From a virus (lineage: Duplodnaviria > Caudoviricetes): DNA of 27,783 nucleotides. The position numbers were made by a program, and so were the translations under genes. The notes beneath the pieces were generated by a model. The model ran no database searches. It was not told where the DNA came from and worked only from the letters and a program-made list of their open reading frames with translations. Within the stretch, counting starts at the first letter, position 1. The number at the start of each line of letters is the position of its first letter. This document shows positions 1 through 6,589 of this stretch, one piece after another. The DNA is taken from positions 1 to 27,783 of the IMG/VR virus record IMGVR_UViG_3300033475_000126; one strand, written 5' to 3'.

Positions 1-2
1 GC

Positions 3-98
3 CTATTCGCAGTCAGGCCGGATCTGGTCGAGCGTGAGCGTCTTGCTCCGAACGGCAAGCACAAATTCGCTTGGCGATACGTGGGAACCGAACCATGA
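3..98 (+). CDS. 3' end of a hypothetical protein truncated by the window edge
   Basis: Open frame LFAVRPDLVERERLAPNGKHKFAWRYVGTEP*; its TGA overlaps the next ATG (ATGA at 95-98). Confidence 0.5.
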   Translation, partial: LFAVRPDLVERERLAPNGKHKFAWRYVGTEP

Positions 99-286
99 CC
101 CCCACCTGCGCCACCTGCCGCCACGCCGAGACCTGGCCGATTGGGTTTTGGTTTTGGCGCAGGGAACGACCGCGGCCTTACGGGATTTGCCTGCACGACG
201 CGGCGGGCGGTGCGGATCGAGATGACGTGCGGGCCGATAGCGGGCCGTGCGGGGCTGAGGCGAAGTTGTGGGAGGGACGGGCGTGA
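95..286 (+). CDS. Small Cys-rich hypothetical protein (possible Zn-binding)
   Basis: MTPTCATCRH...GICL...GPCG; ATGA overlap at start, GTGA overlap at end. Confidence 0.6.
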   Translation: MTPTCATCRHAETWPIGFWFWRRERPRPYGICLHDAAGGADRDDVRADSGPCGAEAKLWEGRA

Positions 287-516
287 GCGACGACGAGCAG
301 TTCGAATCTGCGTTCCGATTGATTATGGAGGCGCTGAAAGTGATGCCTCCAGAGGAGCGCGTCCGTTTCTTGATGGAAATCCCCGGCTGGGGAGAGTGCC
401 CCCATGGAGGACTGTTGAATGACCCTCCCGTTGAGGCGCCCCCGGAAGACCGCCCAAGGGTGAGGTTTGACAACGATGGAACACCCCCGCCGCCCTGCGA
501 CGTGGAGGGCGTGTGA
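283..516 (+). CDS. Hypothetical protein
   Basis: GTG start overlapping previous stop (GTGA), GGAGGG upstream; TGATG overlap with next ORF. Confidence 0.6.
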   Translation: MSDDEQFESAFRLIMEALKVMPPEERVRFLMEIPGWGECPHGGLLNDPPVEAPPEDRPRVRFDNDGTPPPPCDVEGV

Positions 517-785
517 TGAGCGAACGCATCTCTGCTGCAGCCATCCGCTTGCCCACGGGTGTCGTCGTGTCTGTCAGACCTCCGCTGCGCCATCACGACT
601 GCTTCCAGGCAGCCCGCGCGCAGGGCATCATGTTCGGCGAGATGCACGGTGGCGAGCAGGGGTTCGTCACCAGCGAGGGGCGATTTGTCGGACGATGCGA
701 CGCCCTGCCCATAGCGCAGACGGCCGGCCAGATCGTGGGCAAGACGCAACCGGAGGACAAGCTGTTCTCGGAGGACATGTGGTGA
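516..785 (+). CDS. Conserved phage hypothetical protein
   Basis: RHH...QGFVTSEGRFVGR..A..IA..AGQ...LFSEDMW pattern recognised from small phage proteins; GGAGGG RBS; TGATG coupling. Confidence 0.75.
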   Translation: MSERISAAAIRLPTGVVVSVRPPLRHHDCFQAARAQGIMFGEMHGGEQGFVTSEGRFVGRCDALPIAQTAGQIVGKTQPEDKLFSEDMW

Positions 786-1015
786 TGCAGCCAGTCATCA
801 TCCCCATCTCCGCCTCGGCCCTGGACGAGCTACGCGAGCTGTTCAAAGAGAAGCCCGGCCAGATCAGCGTTGAACCCGACCCCTGCCCGTGCTGCGTCCA
901 CCTCATCCGCGCCCTCACCGCCATCTCCCGCGCGACGACGCTTATCCAGGCGGCGCAGATCGCGGAGGGCGCGTTGCGGGGAGATGTTGGTACTGCAACC
1001 CCAGATGTGGTATAG
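785..1015 (+). CDS. Hypothetical protein
   Basis: MQPVIIPISASALDELRELF...CPCC; TGATG overlap; 3' part of track ORF 467..1015. Confidence 0.6.
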   Translation: MQPVIIPISASALDELRELFKEKPGQISVEPDPCPCCVHLIRALTAISRATTLIQAAQIAEGALRGDVGTATPDVV

Positions 1016-1033
1016 GTGCGGGAGCGAAAGGAC

Positions 1034-1285
1034 ATGATGATGAATGCGAGTGAGGGACAGATGACACCCTTCGATGAGACGACCCTGGATGCGATTAGTC
1101 GGATCTTCTATCGTTACAAAGACCCGCGTTATACGGGCGAGATCGCCGACAGCATCAACAACTCGATGCGGACCTCCGTCCGAGTGGATCGTATTCTCGC
1201 GTCTCTTCGCAGGCATGCACGGGCCGGACGCGTCCAGATGATCGACCCAGGCAAGGGGCTGCCCAAGATGTGGAAGATGCCATGA
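1034..1285 (+). CDS. Hypothetical protein, possible winged-helix DNA-binding
   Basis: AAAGGA RBS; TGEIADSI...ILASLRRHARAGRVQ...PKMWK resembles a wHTH recognition helix plus wing; ATGA overlap at end. Confidence 0.6.
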   Translation: MMMNASEGQMTPFDETTLDAISRIFYRYKDPRYTGEIADSINNSMRTSVRVDRILASLRRHARAGRVQMIDPGKGLPKMWKMP

Positions 1286-1521
1286 CCATCCCCGCGCTGA
1301 CGGTGGCGTCTCGCAAAGGCATTCTCTGGTTGCCCGCTGATGGATCGTGGTGCGTCGGATCTTCTCCGGATCGCAGCACAACGGCGGGGCTTCAGTGGCT
1401 AGTCTTTCGCAAGCTTGTCGAGGAGGAATATGGCGACTTCGGTGCGCGTGGTGGTCGCTGCATTCGCAGGCGCCTCACGGCCACCGGCACCGCAGCGCGG
1501 AAGGAGGCGGAGGGTGGGTGA
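1282..1521 (+). CDS. Hypothetical protein, possible winged-helix
   Basis: ATGA start; LQWLVFRKLVEE...RRLTATG resembles the wHTH 'L..L...GLV...LT..G' pattern. Confidence 0.55.
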   Translation: MTIPALTVASRKGILWLPADGSWCVGSSPDRSTTAGLQWLVFRKLVEEEYGDFGARGGRCIRRRLTATGTAARKEAEGG

Positions 1522-1864
1522 GATCATTCCAGAAGCCGCGCTAACCGCGGCCGCAAACTGGCTTGATGGATACGAGCAAGATCGTCTGGATCAGGCGCGC
1601 AATATTCTAGAGGCGGCGTATCCTCACATCCTGAACCAGGAATCCGCCGCCGCGCTCCTCCGCGCGAATGGGTGGAGGGTGGAGGAGCCTGTCGCCATCC
1701 GAGATTGCCCATTCGACGATCCGGGGTTTGATGATCTGGAGCCGGATGTCCCTTGCCCAGTTTGTGGCGATCTAGGAACGGATGACTATGATTTCAGAAA
1801 CTCGCGCTGCGTGTCCAACCAGGAGCGCATCGATGCCGTTTGCGCCCGGCCGGAGGTGCCATGA
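1514..1864 (+). CDS. Hypothetical protein with CPVCG Zn-ribbon-like motif
   Basis: GTG start after GGAGG; 3' part of ORF 1415..1864; DCP...PCPVCG...RC; ATGA overlap at end. Confidence 0.6.
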   Translation: MGEIIPEAALTAAANWLDGYEQDRLDQARNILEAAYPHILNQESAAALLRANGWRVEEPVAIRDCPFDDPGFDDLEPDVPCPVCGDLGTDDYDFRNSRCVSNQERIDAVCARPEVP

Positions 1865-2013
1865 CCCCATGTGCCGCCTACGCCAGAGCCACTGAGACAT
1901 ACCGCATCTATCGCATCGATGAACGCGGGGGCGTCTGGGCCATGTGGCTGCAATCTAACGCATCATCGTTGCCAACTGGATCGGCACGGGCGAGGATTAC
2001 TCGTGCAATCTAA
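1861..2013 (+). CDS. Small hypothetical protein (50 aa, not in the ORF track)
   Basis: GGAGGT RBS, ATGA overlap; MTPCAAYARATETYRIYRIDERGGVWAMWLQSNASSLPTGSARARITRAI*. Confidence 0.5.
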   Translation: MTPCAAYARATETYRIYRIDERGGVWAMWLQSNASSLPTGSARARITRAI

Positions 2014-2032
2014 CCCCGAAGGATCAATCGCC

Positions 2033-2257
2033 ATGACAGACGCAATCGCTGCCGCTGCCGCCCTTCTCCGTGAGGCCGGCTGGTGGGTGGAGGGGCCCGC
2101 AAATCTTAGCGTGACTGATGAAATGATGCGCGCCGGAAGGCTTGCTGCATCCCATGATGGCCGCCCGATACCCGATATCGTCTGCGCCACCATCTACCTG
2201 GCAATGGAGCATACGCGCCGGACCGGGGATGCCATGGCTGCGTTCCCCCGGAGCTAA
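2033..2257 (+). CDS. Hypothetical protein
   Basis: GAAGGA RBS; MTDAIAAAAALLREAGWWVEGP...VTDEMMRAG...IYLAM, similar to the 'T.EM..AG...Y.AM' pattern common in small phage ORFs. Confidence 0.6.
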   Translation: MTDAIAAAAALLREAGWWVEGPANLSVTDEMMRAGRLAASHDGRPIPDIVCATIYLAMEHTRRTGDAMAAFPRS

Positions 2258-2262
2258 GCCCC

Positions 2263-2589
2263 ATGAACTACACGCCTGTTAGCGCCCCAGTCAGAGTCTC
2301 GGTCAAAGTCGCGGGTGGCGGCGGAAGCGGCGGTTACGTTGCCCCGTCGCCGCCCATCGGCCTCGGCACCGCTGGCATGTACGGCATCCCCATCCCTCCC
2401 CCATCCGCGACCGGCCGATATGCCATGCGCGCCACGGTGTCGCCCACGCCGATCCGCAGCGACGACGGCAACGATTTGCAGTTGATCGCGGATCGGATGA
2501 TGGGCGCTGAGGTGCGGGTGCGGTTGATCGACGGGCGCGAGTTTGTCGTGGGTAGAGTGGATGCAACCTGGGTGGGGAGCGCGGGGTGA
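2263..2589 (+). CDS. Hypothetical protein, Gly/Pro-rich
   Basis: 108-aa ORF filling the gap, GGAG upstream, GTGA overlap with next gene. Confidence 0.5.
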   Translation: MNYTPVSAPVRVSVKVAGGGGSGGYVAPSPPIGLGTAGMYGIPIPPPSATGRYAMRATVSPTPIRSDDGNDLQLIADRMMGAEVRVRLIDGREFVVGRVDATWVGSAG

Positions 2590-2945
2590 GCATGAAGCGA
2601 CACGAGGCGGAGGCGGAAGCCAATAGAATCGCCAGTATGCGGGATTCGTTCGACTGGCTCTCAGGGTATGTTGGGTCGAAGGAGGATACGGACACCCTCA
2701 TCGCCGCCGAGTGCGATCTGAGTATGTGCCTGCAAAGTCTTGGATTTGACAAAAACTGGACGGGATCCAGGAGGCGCTCTTCCTGGTTTGACACTCTTTG
2801 CGACGCCCGTTTTGAGCGGTGCGCTAACACAGAAAGTTCAGCTACCTTAGTTCTGACGACGAGGCATCGCCACCACAAGCGTATCAAAGTCGTGTTTTGG
2901 ATTGGCCTAGATGCCGGATCCGTGTGGTCGGCAAGCGTTCGATGA
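2586..2945 (+). CDS. Hypothetical protein
   Basis: 119 aa; GTGA and ATGA overlaps at both ends; somewhat more AT-rich than neighbours. Confidence 0.55.
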   Translation: MSMKRHEAEAEANRIASMRDSFDWLSGYVGSKEDTDTLIAAECDLSMCLQSLGFDKNWTGSRRRSSWFDTLCDARFERCANTESSATLVLTTRHRHHKRIKVVFWIGLDAGSVWSASVR

Positions 2946-3088
2946 CCCCCCCCCTCCCCACGTCCACCGCCGCCGAACTACGCGCGCTACGCCAGCAGGT
3001 CGCCGACCTCAAGGCGCTGTTGGCCATCGAGCGGGCTCGGAGTGCGGAGGTGGAGTGGTTGCCAGAGAGGCCGGGGGTGAGGCGGTGA
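2942..3088 (+). CDS. Small coiled-coil hypothetical protein
   Basis: ATGA start; ELRALRQQVADLKALL heptad; TGATG overlap at end. Confidence 0.55.
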   Translation: MTPPLPTSTAAELRALRQQVADLKALLAIERARSAEVEWLPERPGVRR

Positions 3089-3432
3089 TGGAAAGAATCG
3101 TCACTGTGAACGTGGAGGTTCAGGCAAGCCCCGCGATCCCTCCCAGAGAATACGTCATCCTGGTCAATCCCACGCCCAGACGGGCGAGCTACGCTGCTAG
3201 AAAGCATAAGGCAGCCTATGTGTTCTCGTTCTTGGACAAACCGATTGGCGGCTTGCCCGATTGGTCCCGCATGAAGCGGTCGCCCTACGCCCATCGGATC
3301 GCCGCGCCCTTGTGGATAGGGAATTTCCCGGCGGCAGATAGGGAAAATGTCCTCAGACAAACCATAGAGCATTATCAAAGCATCTTTGGTGATGGGATCT
3401 GCGTCGAGCGCGCTGGGGAATGGACGAGTTGA
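3088..3432 (+). CDS. Hypothetical protein
   Basis: TGATG-coupled start MERIVTVNVEV, GAGG RBS; 3' part of ORF 2911..3432. Confidence 0.6.
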   Translation: MERIVTVNVEVQASPAIPPREYVILVNPTPRRASYAARKHKAAYVFSFLDKPIGGLPDWSRMKRSPYAHRIAAPLWIGNFPAADRENVLRQTIEHYQSIFGDGICVERAGEWTS

Positions 3433-3629
3433 TCCCCCGCTGCCCCTGCGGCGCTCTTGCCCGCACCTCCCAGATCGTCCCCATGACCCAGGGAGCCGCA
3501 GCCCGCACGGTCATCACCTGCACGGCCTGCGATAACGCGGTGTCGCACGTTGACCCTGCGACCGCGGCAGAGATGTGGGCCGAGTTGGTCGAGTGCGGCG
3601 AAGTCAAGCGGAGGAGTGGTGCGCGGTGA
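3420..3629 (+). CDS. Zn-ribbon protein, Lar (restriction alleviation)-like
   Basis: LIPRCPCG...VITCTACD...AAEMW resembles the Lar-family 'L.PCPFCG...C..C...A...W' pattern. Confidence 0.5.
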   Translation: MDELIPRCPCGALARTSQIVPMTQGAAARTVITCTACDNAVSHVDPATAAEMWAELVECGEVKRRSGAR

Positions 3630-3889
3630 GCGAGTGGCGGGGCATTGACATGGGGGTATCCCAGGATCGCACGGTTGTGAGCGTCGTCATCCCAGGCATC
3701 GCAGTGATCTCTTCTTCGCTTGGTCCCGAGACGCCGGACGACTGCCTGCACACGATCGAAGATTCCCTCCGTACGGCCCTGCGCGATTGCATGGAGCGCG
3801 AAGCGGCCGACGCGACGACCGATAGAGTGGTTGCGCGCCTGGCCGAGATACTTGTGGCTTTGGAAAACACAGAAGGAGACGAAAGATGA
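3626..3889 (+). CDS. Hypothetical protein
   Basis: GTGA-coupled start, GGAG RBS, ATGA overlap at end. Confidence 0.55.
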   Translation: MSEWRGIDMGVSQDRTVVSVVIPGIAVISSSLGPETPDDCLHTIEDSLRTALRDCMEREAADATTDRVVARLAEILVALENTEGDER

Positions 3890-4185
3890 GCACCACGATT
3901 ACGATCGAAGATGACGGAAGCATCAACGTTGATGGGAATGTGACCGTTTCTGCGAAACCTGAGCGGGCTGACTACATTTTTGCCAATGCCAAAGCCCCAG
4001 AGGAGGGCGGCTGCGAATATGCCCCGCCCAATCTTAATATTGGGAATCAGCTACTGGTGGCATATCGCCAACAGTGCCTGGAGCTTGCGCTGATGCATCC
4101 AGATCGCCTCCCGTTTTTTGGGAGCTCCGACCCGATCTTGATTGCCAAAATGTTCGAAGCCTACCTGCTGCGGGCTGCGGAGTAA
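3886..4185 (+). CDS. Hypothetical protein
   Basis: AAGGAG RBS, ATGA overlap; C-terminal ILIAKMFEAYL helix. Confidence 0.65.
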   Translation: MSTTITIEDDGSINVDGNVTVSAKPERADYIFANAKAPEEGGCEYAPPNLNIGNQLLVAYRQQCLELALMHPDRLPFFGSSDPILIAKMFEAYLLRAAE

Positions 4186-4213
4186 CCGCAGCCTACCCAG
4201 CACACTCCATCCC

Positions 4214-4228
4214 CAGGAGATCCCCATG
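4214..4228 (+). repeat. 15-bp direct repeat copy 1 (CAGGAGATCCCCATG = RBS + ATG)
   Basis: Exact match to 5015-5029. Confidence 0.85.
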
Positions 4229-4297
4229 TCCGCCCTTCGACGACCCCGCCGCGCCCCGTCCAATCAGCAGTCCAATTTCAGGAACTCCCTAGCGTGA
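4226..4297 (+). CDS. 23-aa leader ORF coupled to the HNH gene
   Basis: AGGAG RBS; MSALRRPRRAPSNQQSNFRNSLA*; its TGA overlaps the GTG at 4294 (GTGA). Confidence 0.4.
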   Translation: MSALRRPRRAPSNQQSNFRNSLA

Positions 4298-5043
4298 TCG
4301 GAATACCCCTGCATCTACAACTGGCCCAGAAGGGGTTCATTACCAAGGCTCAATGCGCAGCCGCCATCGGGTTTATCGACCTCATTCAGGAAGCTGAATG
4401 TGCATCTCGTGTCGAGGTGCGGCTAGATGCGGTTCATCTCCTAAATCGCGTCCATAGCGCGCTGACCCCTGGTAGCAAGAAGGTTCTGCAGGCGCTTCTG
4501 TCCGAGGAGAACCTGGGGATGGCTGCTTTGATCCTGGGGTGCCACGAAAAGCATATTGGCTTTCTAGCGGCAGTCGCGTGTGACGAATTGGTTGGGTTGC
4601 TCGAAGATCGGCGCTTACTCGCTACGGGCACCAGAACCATGGATCTTATCCCCAGCCGCTCAACGATAAGAATCCGCGTGAATAACGAGAAGAACCTTCC
4701 AAAGACCCCCGGGAGCGCCGCCGCGCGAAAAGCGTTTAGGTCTTCTGTGCCCTGGCTCAAGATGCGCTTCTCTGTGCTTGCCGAGAATGCCGAGCGGAAT
4801 GGGGGCGTCGCAACGTGCGAGCTATGCTCCTCGACATCGGGATCAATGCACGTCGACCACATTGAGGCCCTTTCTAGGTGCTTCGAAAAGAGGCTCGACC
4901 GATCCAACCTTCAGGTCCTATGCGCCGATTGCAATATCGGAAAGCTCGACGGGACTCCTATAGATTTTCGTAAGTCCAAGCGTCAGGAGAGCGCTCCCCT
5001 CGCCAATTCCCCATCAGGAGATCCCCATGGCTCAAACATCTAA
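4294..5043 (+). CDS. HNH endonuclease with N-terminal DUF6456-like domain
   Basis: C-terminal CELC...HVDHI...NLQVLCADCNIGK is a Zn-HNH motif; N-terminal ~105 aa aligns by eye with 5027..5590. Confidence 0.85.
   Translation: MIGIPLHLQLAQKGFITKAQCAAAIGFIDLIQEAECASRVEVRLDAVHLLNRVHSALTPGSKKVLQALLSEENLGMAALILGCHEKHIGFLAAVACDELVGLLEDRRLLATGTRTMDLIPSRSTIRIRVNNEKNLPKTPGSAAARKAFRSSVPWLKMRFSVLAENAERNGGVATCELCSSTSGSMHVDHIEALSRCFEKRLDRSNLQVLCADCNIGKLDGTPIDFRKSKRQESAPLANSPSGDPHGSNI
5015..5029 (+). repeat. 15-bp direct repeat copy 2 (RBS + ATG of the late regulator)
   Basis: CAGGAGATCCCCATG identical to 4214-4228. Confidence 0.85.
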
Positions 5044-5590
5044 GGCCCTGCGCCCACAGGGCGGCGATCAAGTACCCGCCCAGCTCCAGATTAGACGCCG
5101 CGTGATCTACATGGACGAGCCGCAATTCCATAGCCCAACCAAAGAGCTTGCGCAGCATCACGATCTCGCTCCGCCGAGTAAGCTGTCAGCCACCAAGGGA
5201 TGGGAGGTCAAATCGCGCGTTGATTCGCTCCACAAGGGAGGGAGGATTGACGATGCAGAGAAGGCAGCATGCGACCGATGGCTTAAGGATTGGGAGATGG
5301 GCGTGGCCGGGGTGGTGCAGCCTGGGCTTAGCGAGCGCGTGGACAATGACAACCTGCGCTGCGCCATGGACGGTCGTATTGATGCCTTGTCTCGACTGAG
5401 GCGCGTACGGGATGAAATTGGGTTGCTGAACGAATCCCTCATCGAGATGTGCGTGGCGAGAGATATGTCGTGGGTAGAGATTGGCCGCAGAATAGGGACA
5501 ACAAACAAACCTGCCCTTGAGCGGGGGGTTGCCGCCATTACCAAGCTGAGTGATGCTTATTCTAGAATTGATTCAAAAAAGAATGCTTGA
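5027..5590 (+). CDS. Probable late-gene regulator / antiterminator-Q analogue (DUF6456-like, C-terminal sigma4-like HTH)
   Basis: L..GRID...AA.R...RIDA..RL...IG....MSWVEIGRRIG pattern; last gene of the nin-like region, before an AT-rich gap and the packaging genes. Confidence 0.65.
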   Translation: MAQTSKALRPQGGDQVPAQLQIRRRVIYMDEPQFHSPTKELAQHHDLAPPSKLSATKGWEVKSRVDSLHKGGRIDDAEKAACDRWLKDWEMGVAGVVQPGLSERVDNDNLRCAMDGRIDALSRLRRVRDEIGLLNESLIEMCVARDMSWVEIGRRIGTTNKPALERGVAAITKLSDAYSRIDSKKNA

Positions 5591-5631
5591 TTCCCTCCCA
5601 GGAGGGGTATATCTAAACATCAGACTAGAAT
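5587..5631 (+). promoter_or_regulatory. Candidate late promoter (pR'-like)
   Basis: TTGATT (5587-5592), TATATC/TATCTA (5608-5615), spacer palindrome CCCTCC-CA-GGAGGG (5593-5606), second -10-like TAGAAT (5626-5631). Spacing is imperfect. Confidence 0.4.
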
Positions 5632-5669
5632 AATAGCGCCTGCCCCATCCCCAAAATCTCGGAGCTTGC

Positions 5670-6035
5670 ATGCACCTCGCGCCCCTCAATGCGCCTGGAG
5701 GCGCATGTGATTGGCCTTTGCACGCCGTTGTGGCCCACGCTGGGGCATATGGCGTCGTGGTTTCCAGGGCAAAAGGAAGGGCCTGGGTAGCGGCCATCCA
5801 GCATCAATTCGAGCCGAGAGACCGGTCTGACGTTCTGGTTGATGAGATTTCTGATCTCGCCGCAATGGCCCTCCCCGGCGGTCGTTACCTCATCCGCACG
5901 GCAAGGGCGCGAAGCTGGACCTCTGGCGTCGTTGTTGGTCGATGCACTCCGATTGTAGCAAAGGCCATCAGCGCCGCCCTAAAGCGCGAGGTCGAAGCCT
6001 GCGCGCATGAAGGCAAATGGCGCGAAGCCAGTTAG
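5670..6035 (+). CDS. Hypothetical protein
   Basis: 121-aa ORF with GGAG RBS; no recognisable motif. Confidence 0.45.
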   Translation: MHLAPLNAPGGACDWPLHAVVAHAGAYGVVVSRAKGRAWVAAIQHQFEPRDRSDVLVDEISDLAAMALPGGRYLIRTARARSWTSGVVVGRCTPIVAKAISAALKREVEACAHEGKWREAS

Positions 6036-6045
6036 ACTCTAATTC

Positions 6046-6194
6046 GGGCGGAGGCATTTCCCGGGAGCGCAGGCGGCGTTCCTCTAAGCGCGATCCTCCC
6101 TAACCGTTGCTGCTCCCGAAGCTCGCAAGCTAGCGCACGGCATGGGCAAGCCCTGCCTCCCTAAGACAATTCGGGGAAAGGATCGCGACCGCCC
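6046..6194 (+). ncRNA. Putative structured RNA (or ssDNA) element with pseudoknot upstream of terS
   Basis: Complementary segments 6050-6056/6154-6160, 6062-6076/6104-6118, 6089-6097/6179-6187, 6046-6051/6189-6194. No Rfam family recognised; strand inferred from context. Confidence 0.4.
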
Positions 6195-6208
6195 ATTGAG
6201 AACCAGAC

Positions 6209-6589
6209 ATGGCACGATCGAGCGGAACCCGCGTCGGCAAGGGTAAGGGTCACGGCGGTCCGGCGAATGGCATGGGCTGGGGTGGACCGCCGAAGGGCAC
6301 ATGCGCTCCGGTCAACAAGCCGTTCGAGCCTGGCAACAAAGCTGCGGTTGGTCGGTCTAACCCGGGTGAAGGCGCTGCAGCTTACCGTCGTATGCGCAAA
6401 GAAGAGCGCATCGAGAAGTTGCGCGAGATGCTGTACGGCCTGGCCGAGGAGGCTGAGGCCGAGGCGGTCAAGTTCAACGCGATCCGGCATTTGTGGGATC
6501 GTGAAGAGGGGGCGATTGCCCCGGCAAAACCCGAGGCGGACACCAGTGGCGGGATCGTCGTAAAGGGCGGCCTGCCCGATGGCGATTGA
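6209..6589 (+). CDS. terS: Terminase small subunit
   Basis: Immediately upstream of and overlapping terL; Gly-rich N-terminus, PFEPGNK motif, helical core, C-terminal IVVKGGLPD strand. Confidence 0.75.
   Translation: MARSSGTRVGKGKGHGGPANGMGWGGPPKGTCAPVNKPFEPGNKAAVGRSNPGEGAAAYRRMRKEERIEKLREMLYGLAEEAEAEAVKFNAIRHLWDREEGAIAPAKPEADTSGGIVVKGGLPDGD

Noticed and set aside
2946-2954. C9 homopolymer as a phase-variation tract
   Set aside because: Short run in a GC-rich, Pro-coding start; the ORF is intact and a single sequence shows no variation.
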